A stretch of 32,000 bases of DNA from NCBI GenBank assembly GCA_002794465.1, contig MTSL01000206.1, forward strand, positions 37,313-69,312. Direction: 5' to 3'. Position numbers and translations under genes: made by a program. This DNA is from Paramicrosporidium saccamoebae KSL3. Taxonomy: Eukaryota; Fungi; Cryptomycota. Of this stretch, positions 1-9,149 are shown piece after piece. Below the pieces are notes generated by a model. It was given only the letters and a program-made list of their open reading frames with translations, did not search any database and was not told the DNA's origin. Within the stretch, counting starts at the first letter, position 1; every line of letters starts with the position of its first letter.

Positions 1-1616
1 CTGAATGGCTTCGTAGCAAAGATCCATTCACTCCACCTGCCCTTATCTCAATTGAGGTTGCTGCGCGGAAAGGCCACGGCAACATTTTGGAATGGTACTG
101 GAAAAATTATGCACCCACCCCCACCATACACCAGCTCGTCTTCAGCAATCTACTCACAATAGCGGATTGGCTTCGTTCCAAATCTGGCGAACAGTACCCA
201 ACTCAGGCCGCAATCAATGAAGCAGTTCAACAAGGCCATACCCCAGCTCTTGAATGGATGTTAAATAAGAACTCTAAGATTGCACCAGACTTGGAGTCGG
301 TTGTAAAGACTGTGAGCAACGGATACGAAGGATCCTTGATCATCTTGTTGCAACATCGTCCCGGGTGCCTTTTAAATTCACAAGTTATCGATGCTCTCGC
401 TATTCGTGAGTATTGGTCTTTTATCAACTACCTATTGAATGTAAACATTGAATGGACTCCGAGTCAGTCAAATGCTGATCACATCCTGAACTCTGGTAAC
501 ACTGTAGTTTTGGCCAAATTTTTAAACTTGCCACGCACCTGTCGCCCCAGTCTAGCAAGCATTAATATGGCGGCATTACGCGGGCATACGGAAGGGCTTG
601 CCGTGGTTTTTGAAAAATTCTCCGATGCACTACCCGATGCGTCGACAATCAGCATGCTCTACATCACTGGTAGAGTAACAGTCATCCATTTTTTGTACAA
701 GGTCGTGCCAGGATTCATAACATCTCGGCTAGAGTTGAGCATAGCCGCTCTGAATGGCCATGTGGGCGTGTTAAAGTACTGTCATTTTAAAAATCCGACC
801 CTGCTACTTGACTTGAAATCCATAATGTATGCCAAAGCGATAGGGCATTCAGATGTGGAAGATTGGTTCATCAGCGCGTTAGCAAATTTACAAACAGCTG
901 GGACTCTACCAGATGTTAGAATTGATCACGTTTCAGATGAGACGATTAAAATTGATCCGACGCACGTCAAGGCGATGATAGAACTTTTGGCACAGCAGGA
1001 TTCGCTCGAAATAAGTGTAGCAAAGGTTGCTAAACAGCCAGAACTACTATCCACATCGAGTAACGAGGCACCGAATTTTCAACAAGAGACGCCGAATGGA
1101 TGGCGGAAAAGACTTTCTGAATTAACGGAGAACCAAATTGCCCCTCCACCCCTCTCAGTCTATCCTAGGATTCCGGCAGTCCCAGTTTCAGGCGTGCGGC
1201 TACTTGGTGATGACCCTGTAGCAGCAAATACTGGATCTTTGCAGCCACGGTTGGGACAAGTCGCATCTCTGAGAAATTCTAAAAGTAGCCTGAGGGCGCC
1301 ACCACCCACCCAAACAAGAGTTTATCCACCAAATCACTTACTAGAACTTTCTGAGAGTAGCACAAAGGTTTCGTCAAGGGCATCATCCCCAGCAAGGATT
1401 AATCCGACAAATCAGCTACAAGGATGTCAATTCCACATCCCTAAAAGGACATACGTGCATTCGATGGCCTCGTCCTCAGATGCACAGGCTTCTGATGTTA
1501 GGGTTGGAACAGAAAGCACTGAGCAACAACCGTCACCCATACCTACCAAAAGGCGGCGTCTTGACGACAACACCCGAAAACCACCACTAGCGGCACTTTT
1601 CCACGATTCAAGCTAA
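1..1616 (+). CDS. Ankyrin-repeat-like protein, tandem paralog A (5'-truncated by window edge)
   Basis: The frame is open from position 3 (EWLRSKDPFTPPALISIEVAARKGHGNILEW...), upstream of the listed TTG at 87. It has ankyrin-like repeats (AARKGH, AALRGH, AALNGH) and is collinear with the 1845-4004 protein. The disordered Ser/Pro-rich tail ends in PTKRRRL. Confidence 0.85.
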   Translation, partial: EWLRSKDPFTPPALISIEVAARKGHGNILEWYWKNYAPTPTIHQLVFSNLLTIADWLRSKSGEQYPTQAAINEAVQQGHTPALEWMLNKNSKIAPDLESVVKTVSNGYEGSLIILLQHRPGCLLNSQVIDALAIREYWSFINYLLNVNIEWTPSQSNADHILNSGNTVVLAKFLNLPRTCRPSLASINMAALRGHTEGLAVVFEKFSDALPDASTISMLYITGRVTVIHFLYKVVPGFITSRLELSIAALNGHVGVLKYCHFKNPTLLLDLKSIMYAKAIGHSDVEDWFISALANLQTAGTLPDVRIDHVSDETIKIDPTHVKAMIELLAQQDSLEISVAKVAKQPELLSTSSNEAPNFQQETPNGWRKRLSELTENQIAPPPLSVYPRIPAVPVSGVRLLGDDPVAANTGSLQPRLGQVASLRNSKSSLRAPPPTQTRVYPPNHLLELSESSTKVSSRASSPARINPTNQLQGCQFHIPKRTYVHSMASSSDAQASDVRVGTESTEQQPSPIPTKRRRLDDNTRKPPLAALFHDSS

Positions 1617-1671
1617 TGCGTCCCCTTGAGACACACTATTTAAGATACGAAATCAACGCAAACACAAACCT

Positions 1672-1736
1672 AATAAATACATTCTACTATTAAAATTTCC
1701 AGCGCCAGCTCTCTTTACTTGTTAATGTAAATGCAG
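1672..1736 (+). repeat. Conserved 65-nt 3' flanking element of ankyrin gene A (second copy at 4089-4153)
   Basis: Begins with AATAAA. Ungapped manual alignment to 4089-4153 gives 52/65 identity. Confidence 0.8.
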
Positions 1737-1844
1737 CTCCTGAATGAGCTTTGATAATCAAGTCCCTAGATCGCGAGCCTGCTGTAGTGTGAGTAGACCC
1801 AATTTAAAGTTTTAAAAATCCCAATTTTGCTGCCCCGGCAAAGC

Positions 1845-4004
1845 ATGGCCGCCAAATTTGTTATCCTCTGCAGCCTTGCGATTTTTTCCCGTGTATCGCC
1901 AGCTGCACACGTAGAATGTAGCTCCATTATCCCCGAAGGCACTTTTATTCGAACAGCACTTATTGGCACGCAGGGTCAAGGGTTAATATCGACCGTCTCC
2001 ATTAAATCTTCTCTGGAGGCCGGCGAGATGACACTGATAAACGCTTTAGCCTCCCAATGCCCCGAATGGACGCCTGACGGTGAACTGGTGACATATCTTG
2101 TGAAGCAGAACCTCCACAAAATCATTGAAATGCTATACAGAAAGAATTGTCGAGTCCAGCCGTCCATAAAGAACTTGGATGATGCGGCAAAATGGGGACA
2201 TTTGAATGTGCTCAGAGCATTCTTTGCTAACGATCAAGGAGCTTTGCCATCCCAAGTCGGGGTCAAACGAGCTATAGCCAAAGGTCACCTTGGGATTGTT
2301 AAATGGATGGCTAAAGTGAATCCATACTACTTCAACTATAAGCAACTAGCTCTCGTTGCCTCTAAATATGGCTATTTGGATCTTATCCAATGGATATTTA
2401 AAAAACAGGGTGTACTTCCATCGTATCTTGGCATTAATTATGCCGCGAGGGCGGGTCATTTGGACACTGTGAAATGGCTTTTTGCTATGGATCCATATAC
2501 TCTGCCCACGTTTCCCACCATGGAGATTGCAGCGCAAAAAGGTCATGATGATATCCTGCAATGGTGCCTCGACAACAGTGTGGCTGCCCCCAATTTAAAT
2601 CGACTCGTGTCCAACGACCAATTCGGTATAGCCAATTGGCTTTATCCCAGGTCTGATGGACACTATCCAAACCAGGCTGCAATCAATGAAGCAGTTAAGG
2701 AAGGCCGTGTTCAAGCCCTCAAATGGATGTTGGAAAAGAACTCCAAGATTGCACCAGACCTGGAGTCGATTGTAAAGACTGTAAACAACGGATACGAAGG
2801 GTGCCTGATCGTGTTGCTCGAGAACCGCCCCGAGTGCCTTTTAAACTCGCAAGTTATCCATGTCCTTGTTGCTCGTGGATATTGGTTTGTTATCGACGGC
2901 TTGCTTGAGTTAGACATTAAGTGGATGCCAAGCCAATCGAATGTTGACAATATCTTGGAATCCGGGAAGAGTGCAACCTTGGCCAAACTTTTAGACCTGC
3001 CACAATCTTGCCGCCCCAGCCAAGCAAGTATTAATCGGACTGCAAGAAATGGTCATGCAGACAGTCTCCACTCTCTTCTTGAAGAATTTCCCGATGCCCT
3101 GCCCGACGCATCGACAATTAGCTCACTCTACGCCAGCGGCAAGACGTCGGTCATTCATTTACTGTACACGGTTGTGCCAAGATTCACCACGTCTCAGCTA
3201 GAATTCAACTCTGCGGCTCTGAATGGCCATGTAGTCTTGCTAAAGTATTGCTACGTTAGAAACCCAACCCTACTTCTTGATTTGACAACTATATTATATG
3301 CCAAGAAGGCAGGACACTTACACGTGGAGGAGTGGTTCATCCGTCTGCTGACCCACTTGCAGGCAGCGGGGACTCTGCCAGCTATTAGAGTTGGTCATGT
3401 TTCCGAGCGGACAGTTAAAATTGATCCCACAGAGGTCAAGTCGATAGTGAAAATTTTGGCAAAGCAGACTTTACACAATGTAAGCGAGGCAAAGGTCCTT
3501 GAACAGCCGGAATCACTACCCAGATCAAGTGACGAGACCCATCGTCCTAGCCAAGAGGCATTGACTGAACGGCAAGGAAGATTTACTGAAACAACAGTGG
3601 GAAAAATAATTCTTCCTCCCATTTCAGTTTATCCTAGGATTCCGGCAGTCCCACGCGTGCAATCACCTAGCAGCGACACCACAATAGCAAGTGCTGGACA
3701 TTTACAGTCACGATCGAGGCAAATGGCGTCTCTAAACAATTCCCAAGAGAACCAAAGCATGTCACTAACGATACCATATACTCTAACAAGAGTTCGTTCA
3801 GCAAGTTCAAGCCATCTACCACAATCACAACCTCCCATACCTGTACGGGTATATAGATATCCGGTGCACCTATCTTCGGATACAAGATCTTCTAATGACA
3901 GGGTTGAAATAGGACACACTGAACACCAGCCATCATCCAGGCCAACCAAGAGAGCACGCCTTGACGGGAGTACCCACGAAGCCGCTGTTAGCACGTTACT
4001 TTAA
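1845..4004 (+). CDS. Putative secreted ankyrin-repeat-like protein, tandem paralog B
   Basis: First ATG is at 1845. The N-terminus MAAKFVILCSLAIFSRVSPAA looks like a signal peptide. Repeated ankyrin-like motifs (AAKWGHLNVL, AIAKGHLGIV, AARAGHLDTV, AAQKGHDDIL, AALNGH) follow, and the disordered C-terminus contains PTKRARL. No intron needed. Confidence 0.85.
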   Translation: MAAKFVILCSLAIFSRVSPAAHVECSSIIPEGTFIRTALIGTQGQGLISTVSIKSSLEAGEMTLINALASQCPEWTPDGELVTYLVKQNLHKIIEMLYRKNCRVQPSIKNLDDAAKWGHLNVLRAFFANDQGALPSQVGVKRAIAKGHLGIVKWMAKVNPYYFNYKQLALVASKYGYLDLIQWIFKKQGVLPSYLGINYAARAGHLDTVKWLFAMDPYTLPTFPTMEIAAQKGHDDILQWCLDNSVAAPNLNRLVSNDQFGIANWLYPRSDGHYPNQAAINEAVKEGRVQALKWMLEKNSKIAPDLESIVKTVNNGYEGCLIVLLENRPECLLNSQVIHVLVARGYWFVIDGLLELDIKWMPSQSNVDNILESGKSATLAKLLDLPQSCRPSQASINRTARNGHADSLHSLLEEFPDALPDASTISSLYASGKTSVIHLLYTVVPRFTTSQLEFNSAALNGHVVLLKYCYVRNPTLLLDLTTILYAKKAGHLHVEEWFIRLLTHLQAAGTLPAIRVGHVSERTVKIDPTEVKSIVKILAKQTLHNVSEAKVLEQPESLPRSSDETHRPSQEALTERQGRFTETTVGKIILPPISVYPRIPAVPRVQSPSSDTTIASAGHLQSRSRQMASLNNSQENQSMSLTIPYTLTRVRSASSSHLPQSQPPIPVRVYRYPVHLSSDTRSSNDRVEIGHTEHQPSSRPTKRARLDGSTHEAAVSTLL

Positions 4005-4088
4005 TAATGATAATAGAAGCCTGACTATTAGACAGTGTACATCTGCGGACCAAGGACTCCAGTACAGGGTCTTTACATAGACCTCACC

Positions 4089-4153
4089 AATAAACACACC
4101 CTACTACTATAATTGCCAGCACCAACTCTCTTTATTTGTCAGTGGAAATGCAC
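4089..4153 (+). repeat. Conserved 65-nt 3' flanking element of ankyrin gene B
   Basis: 52/65 ungapped identity to 1672-1736. Also contains TTTATT at 4131-4136, which is AATAAA on the minus strand just downstream of the RPL23 stop. Confidence 0.8.
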
Positions 4154-4156
4154 TAT

Positions 4157-4615
4157 TTAGACGACGGTTCCGGCAGTCGAGGCAATCTTGGGCCAGAGGT
4201 CGGCACACTCCTTACCGACTGGTCCGGTAATGGCGGATCCCTTCATTTCACCCTTGGGGTTAATGATGACACCAGCGTTATCTTCAAAGTAGATGAAGAC
4301 ACCATCTCGGCGACGCCACGACTTTCGCTGACGAACAACGACGGCGGGCATGACCTTCTTCTTGAGGTCCGGCTTTCCCTTCTTCACAGTGGCGATAATC
4401 ATATCACCCACACCAGCAGCGGGCAGACGGTTCAGACGGCCCTTGATGCCCTTGACGGCAATGACGTACAGATTCTTCGCACCCGAGTTATCGGCACAGT
4501 TGATGACGGCACCCACGGGGAGACCGAGGGTCATACGGAACCGGTTGCCTGAGACTCCTCCACTGCCTATCGGTTAGATGGATGGATGAGAGGGATGCAT
4601 ACCTCGCTTGGCCAT
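4157..4615 (-). CDS. RPL23: 60S ribosomal protein L23 (uL14)
   Basis: Exons 4615-4603 and 4566-4157, with a 36-nt intron 4602-4567 (GTATGC...CTAAC...TAG). Spliced protein [37 protein letters not shown]...[12 protein letters not shown] is typical eukaryotic uL14. Confidence 0.97.
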
Positions 4616-4713
4616 TGAGCTATATGGAAGGGACCCCGGCTCTGGCCAATCATTACCGTGAGTGGAAGTGGACCATTATGCTTAATCTGGTAAACAGAGG
4701 AGTGGATTTGAAG

Positions 4714-6042
4714 ATGGTAGAGTCGCGACCCGGAAGTGCGAATGGCAGCCGAGTAATAAAGTATCGTCGACTACGACCCTTCAAAACGGATGAGATCAAG
4801 GTCCTGTTGGTGGAGAATATTAGCACTATCGCCGAAAAGATGCTCCGCGAGGCGGGCTACCAAGTATAGCAACAATCATGCGCTAAGCATTAGGTGGAGG
4901 TTTGCAGCAAGTCATTGCCAAAGGAGGAGCTGCGTGAAAAGCTCAGGACCGTGCATGCCCTGGGAATCAGGAGCAAGACACAAATCACAGAAGACCTCAT
5001 CAAGGAAGCACCCTGTCTCCTCACCATAGGCTGCTTCTGCATCGGGGTTAATCAGGTAGCCCAGGAGGCGGCATTATCCCGTGGAATTGCCGTCTTTAAC
5101 TCACCCTTTAGCAACAGCCGCAGCGTTGCCGAGCTGGTCATTTCCGAAATCATCACTCTAGCGCGACAACTTGGTGACCGAAACCGGGAAATGCACAATG
5201 GACAATGGAAGAAGACGGCAGGTGGTTGTCAAGAGATTCGTCGCAAAATATTGGGCATTGTTGGCTATGGCCATATTGGAGCCCAATTGTCCGTGCTGGC
5301 TGAATCAATGGGAATGCAAGTGCTCTTCTATGATATTCAACAGATTATGCCACTTGGCATGGCAACTCCCACCGAAAGTCTGGACGAGCTGCTTGAGCGG
5401 TCCGATTTTGTGTCGTTGCATGTGCCCGAGACGAGTGAAACTATCAATATGATCGGTGCCAGGGAGTTAAAGCTGATGAAGCCGGGTGCAAAGCTTATTA
5501 ATGCCAGTCGTGGTTCAGTTGTGGATTTGCTGGCATTGAAGGAGGCCCTGGAATCTGGCAGGATGGGTGGTGCAGCATTGGATGTGTATCCAGAAGAACC
5601 CGCTGCAAACGGTCCATGGAGTACTGGTCTGGAGGGATTGGACAATGTCATCTTGACACCCCATATTGGGGGCAGCACTGAAGAGGCGCAGGCTGCTATT
5701 GGAGTGGAGGTGGCCACTAACATGATCCGATTCCTTGACCAAGGCACCACGTTGGGCTCCGTCAACTTTCCAGAGCTTGATCTGCGCGTCAACACGTTTG
5801 AGCAGCCCAGCACTCCGTATCCGTGTCGAGTGCTTAATGTACACCAGAATGTTCCTGGAGTCTTGCTCAAGATTAACCAGATCCTGGGGCAATTTAACAT
5901 TGAAAAGCAGGTCTGTGAAAGTCGCGGACAGTATTCCTACATCATGGCGGATGTGTGTGCCGGCTGTGAGACAGACTTGGACCATATTTTTGAAAGTATT
6001 TTCCATCTACCTGAGGCAGTGGCTACTCGTATTGTTTATTAA
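4714..6042 (+). CDS. SER3: D-3-phosphoglycerate dehydrogenase with C-terminal ACT domain
   Basis: Exons 4714-4863 and 4894-6042, with a 30-nt intron 4864-4893. Motifs LRPFKT..IKVLLVENI, GIRSKT, FNSPFSNSRSVAE, GIVGYGHIG, LINASRG, LTPHIGGSTEEAQ. The start could alternatively be ATG 4678. Confidence 0.95.
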
Positions 6043-6051
6043 ACACTAAAT

Positions 6052-6910
6052 CTATGTGTGCAACTGAGAGAGGTCTTCCTTGGCGAGGCTTATTTGGGTC
6101 AATATTTGCTGGTACTGCATGGCAATCTTGCTGACTGACGGGCCGAGCTGCTGGAAGAGCAGCAGATTGGTGGCCCCCTCGCTGATCCGATTATCAAGTT
6201 CCTCCAGTAGTTCCTCTGAAACTGCAACACAATTTTGCAATCTTGTAGTTCCGCCCTGGTAAATCTCCAATTTTGCTTCCATTTGAATAATCCTACCGAT
6301 GAGACTGAAATGCGAGTGGCTACTGTAATTTAAGATCCAGTGACTCAATAACCGCACGGATATAGATGGAAAAGGTCCCCAGATAGCGCACTGCTACCGG
6401 TTCTGCCCCTAAAACAATTTTCTGACACGCCTCCTCGACCTGATGAAGCTTTTTAGTAGAATCCACCAGCGACGCCAAAATGTCGTCAAGTTTACTTCTG
6501 AATTCGTCCGTGCATTCTTGGATTTGTCTTTGGGCGAGCTGCACGGATTGAAGGAGTGTGGATGTAGAGTGCACAGGGATACTGGGGAAGAGGAGCTGTC
6601 CAGTCTGAATCAGCGGCGCGACAAGCTGCTCAATGCCCTGCGAAGCTTGGTTAGCAGTCATGGTAGATTGTTCAATGTCAAGAAAAGGAAAATCCTGCTG
6701 GGCTTGGGCAATATTGACACTGCGGGAATTGCCATTCGAGAGTGCATTCTTGAGCAATCGAAGTTGCCAGAACTGTTCAAGATGTCTTTGATGCTCGCCC
6801 ACAATCATCTCAAACTGCGCATTTTCCTCATTAAGGAGAGTTAAAAGCTGGGCGAAATGAGGAACATCCAGAGCAGTGGCCAAGTTTTCTGGCAGTGAAC
6901 ACTGTACCAT
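6052..6910 (-). CDS. HAUS4: HAUS augmin-like complex subunit 4 (HAUS4)-like coiled-coil protein
   Basis: Exons 6910-6324 and 6292-6052, with a 31-nt intron 6323-6293, giving 275 aa. VPHFAQLLTLL resembles HAUS4 NPYFSKLLLNL. YIRAVIESLDLKLQIIQMEAKLEIY resembles YLSAKCEAMILKLRMEELKILSDTY. FQQLGPSVSKIAMQY resembles YEVLGEEFDRLVKEY. Reference recalled from memory. Confidence 0.65.
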
Positions 6911-7040
6911 CGCACGGGCCAATCAGGACTTGCCTGTTTAGACAATCGACACCCTGGAATGTCCGGGTGGTACTGTTGCTTTTTGCACACCAGCAACCAC
7001 CACAGCCCTACAATCCGTCTTTTCAAGCAGCAGCCGCTGG

Positions 7041-8468
7041 ATGAGCAGTGGCTGGGAACACCCCTACCCCATCCACCGTGGTGGCGATGACATTAAGCCG
7101 CCGGAAGAGGGCTTTCCCCTGACTCCCAGAAGCGAGGAGCAACACGAGGATACCGGCACGACATTCTGGACCAATGCGCCCAAACTGGAAGTCCTGCAGA
7201 ATTGGGTCTACTCACCAGCATCCTATTCAAGCTCTGAGGATGGATACTTGGAGGACACGGAGCACATTGACTTTGCGGCGCTAAAGGATCATTTGAATGT
7301 CTTCCGACCTGGAAATGATGTGGATGTGAGTGATCACAAGAAGGGAAAGTACGTCTTTTATTCCATGCAGACGGGCCTACTGCGTCACCATGTGCTTGCA
7401 GATGTGTGCAAGCACGGACATGGACACGGCTTTAGCACGGGATTGGGAAATGGAAACGCAGCCTATGGAAAAGTCAGCCCCCTCCCCTCCAAAATCCCCA
7501 ATCTGAGCGAAGTCATGCGAAACGGTCCCTTCTGGCTCGACATTTGCAATCCAACCAAAGAGGAGCTGCGTGCCCTATGCGAGATATTCAAAATGCATCC
7601 ACTGACGTTGGAAGGATTGGAGTCGGATGGGGAGGAGATTCGAGAAAAATGTGACGTGTTTGAAAAGTACTACTTTATCTGCATTAAGGCATTTGAGAGT
7701 GACGCCCAGAGTGACGACTACATGCTACCCATCAATCTATTCATGTTGGTCAGTCCAAGCTGTGTTGTCACAATCCACCGTGATCCTCTGGAATTCTCCC
7801 ACACCATTGCTAAACGTATGCGTCTGTTAACGGCTCGGACCGGACTGACGTCGGATTGGATCGTCTACACCATTCTGGAAGACGTGTTGGAAATGTTCGT
7901 GCCGTCAGTGCGGGCCAGTGAGATTGAAATTGACGCCATTGACGATCTTGTGGGCGGCTCCTCTACGGCCAGCACCCGCTCGCAAACCCATTCAGAACTA
8001 TTGGGACGAATTGCCAATTCGCGACGGAGAGTCACACAACTAATCCGTCTAATGTCAGCAAAATCGGACCTGTTTCGAGTCATTGCCAAACGCTGCAGCA
8101 TGCGATTTAGTGAAGATGCGCATCTTTATTTGCGTGATCTGCAAGACCACACGGCCATGGTCGATCAGACGCTGCACCAATATGACGAGTCTCTCAATCG
8201 TTCCCACGCAAACTACTTGGCACTTCTCTCCATCGAAATCAGTGAGACATCTAACCATATGAGCGATGTCATGAAGAAGCTGACTGCTGCCTCCACTGTA
8301 GCGTTGCCCTGGAGTATGATTACTGGTCTCATGGGGATGAACATTTTTGTACCTGGAGGTAACAGCTACCAAACTGAGTCGTGGATCCCTTGGTTCATCT
8401 TTTTCCTCGCCATGTCTGCATCCTCTGTCATTATCTACTTTGTTGGCCGTCGTCGCGACTGGTTTTAA
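7041..8468 (+). CDS. CorA-family Mg2+ transporter (fungal Alr1/Mnr2-like)
   Basis: Motifs FWLDICNPT, FKMHPLTLE and REKCDVFEKYYF, plus two C-terminal TM helices with the GMN signature (ITGLMGMNIFVPG). Confidence 0.92.
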   Translation: MSSGWEHPYPIHRGGDDIKPPEEGFPLTPRSEEQHEDTGTTFWTNAPKLEVLQNWVYSPASYSSSEDGYLEDTEHIDFAALKDHLNVFRPGNDVDVSDHKKGKYVFYSMQTGLLRHHVLADVCKHGHGHGFSTGLGNGNAAYGKVSPLPSKIPNLSEVMRNGPFWLDICNPTKEELRALCEIFKMHPLTLEGLESDGEEIREKCDVFEKYYFICIKAFESDAQSDDYMLPINLFMLVSPSCVVTIHRDPLEFSHTIAKRMRLLTARTGLTSDWIVYTILEDVLEMFVPSVRASEIEIDAIDDLVGGSSTASTRSQTHSELLGRIANSRRRVTQLIRLMSAKSDLFRVIAKRCSMRFSEDAHLYLRDLQDHTAMVDQTLHQYDESLNRSHANYLALLSIEISETSNHMSDVMKKLTAASTVALPWSMITGLMGMNIFVPGGNSYQTESWIPWFIFFLAMSASSVIIYFVGRRRDWF

Positions 8469-8681
8469 TAAAACTTCAATCAAGTATTTCAGGAGCGAAC
8501 TATACCCGTGATGAGGCTAGATAGGTCGGCCATAGCGGCTCGTTGACGAGATCAAAGGTTATGCTCGTGTTGAGGCTAAAAGTTCTTCATATCCAGCTCA
8601 CTAATGAGGTTACAACTCAATCATACAAACCTTATGCTCGGCTCCCTAAAGACAAATGAATTTTATTCACATGTTTCCGAG

Positions 8682-8717
8682 TTGGCGGGATAATTGGGCG
8701 GGTGCAATGTTCCCGCC
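8682..8717. promoter_or_regulatory. Cluster of three E2F-like GGCGGG/CCCGCC boxes upstream of the geminin-like gene
   Basis: TTGGCGGGA at 8682-8690, TTGGGCGGG at 8694-8702 and TTCCCGCC at 8710-8717, 30-65 nt upstream of ATG 8747. They resemble the TTTSSCGC / TTGGCGGGA E2F consensus. Confidence 0.4.
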
Positions 8718-8746
8718 CATCGTGGTACTCCCCCGTGCTAGTGGTG

Positions 8747-9142
8747 ATGCTGAGTGCCTTTCCATTGAAGGATGTTGAAAATGCTCCAACGACAATCAAA
8801 AAGTCCACATCACACTTGGCAACCAAGTCGGGCCATAAACAGACCCGCCGTCCCCTAAGCGACTTGAGTAACGGCGCCACTGATAACGCATATCAGCCAA
8901 TGGACTCTATGGAGACGGCACTGCGGGAGACACTGGTGGAGAACCGTCGGGTCCATGAACTCTGTGAAACATTGCGGGGCGAAAATATCGAGCTTAGAGG
9001 AAGGGTTGGGGAGCTGGCTGTTGTCACCATGCTGTACGAGGTGGCCAAGGCGGAGATTGAAGAGCTGACCAAGAAATTAGCCCAGTTATCGCCTTTGGAC
9101 ACTGAGAACGACAACAGCGCATTGTCGAATAGTGACTTGTAA
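8747..9142 (+). CDS. Small D-box plus coiled-coil protein, geminin-like (131 aa)
   Basis: First ATG in the ORF is at 8747. D-box RRPLSDLSN (RxxLxxxxN) at 8846-8872. The coiled coil ALRETLVENRRVH...ELAVV...IEEL aligns ungapped with geminin [13 protein letters not shown]...ELAEV...IERL. The gene is probably real; the family call is tentative. Confidence 0.55.
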   Translation: MLSAFPLKDVENAPTTIKKSTSHLATKSGHKQTRRPLSDLSNGATDNAYQPMDSMETALRETLVENRRVHELCETLRGENIELRGRVGELAVVTMLYEVAKAEIEELTKKLAQLSPLDTENDNSALSNSDL

Positions 9143-9149
9143 TAATAAA

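Noticed and set aside
4136-4552. 138-aa plus-strand ORF
   Set aside because: Antisense shadow of highly codon-biased RPL23.
4582-4713. N-terminal part of ORF 4582-4869 as the SER3 N-terminus
   Set aside because: It overlaps RPL23 exon 1 and intron on the opposite strand; homology to PGDH begins only after ATG 4714.
4730-4738. CCGGAAGTG ETS/GABP-like site near a ribosomal protein bidirectional promoter
   Set aside because: It lies inside the predicted SER3 coding sequence and ETS factors are metazoan; likely chance.
6841-7026. 61-aa ORF as an upstream exon of the HAUS4-like gene
   Set aside because: It has a non-ATG start, and similarity to HAUS4 already begins at ATG 6910, so no extra exon is needed.
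8508-8514. GTGATGA box C suggesting a C/D snoRNA
   Set aside because: No CTGA box D or terminal stem at a plausible distance.
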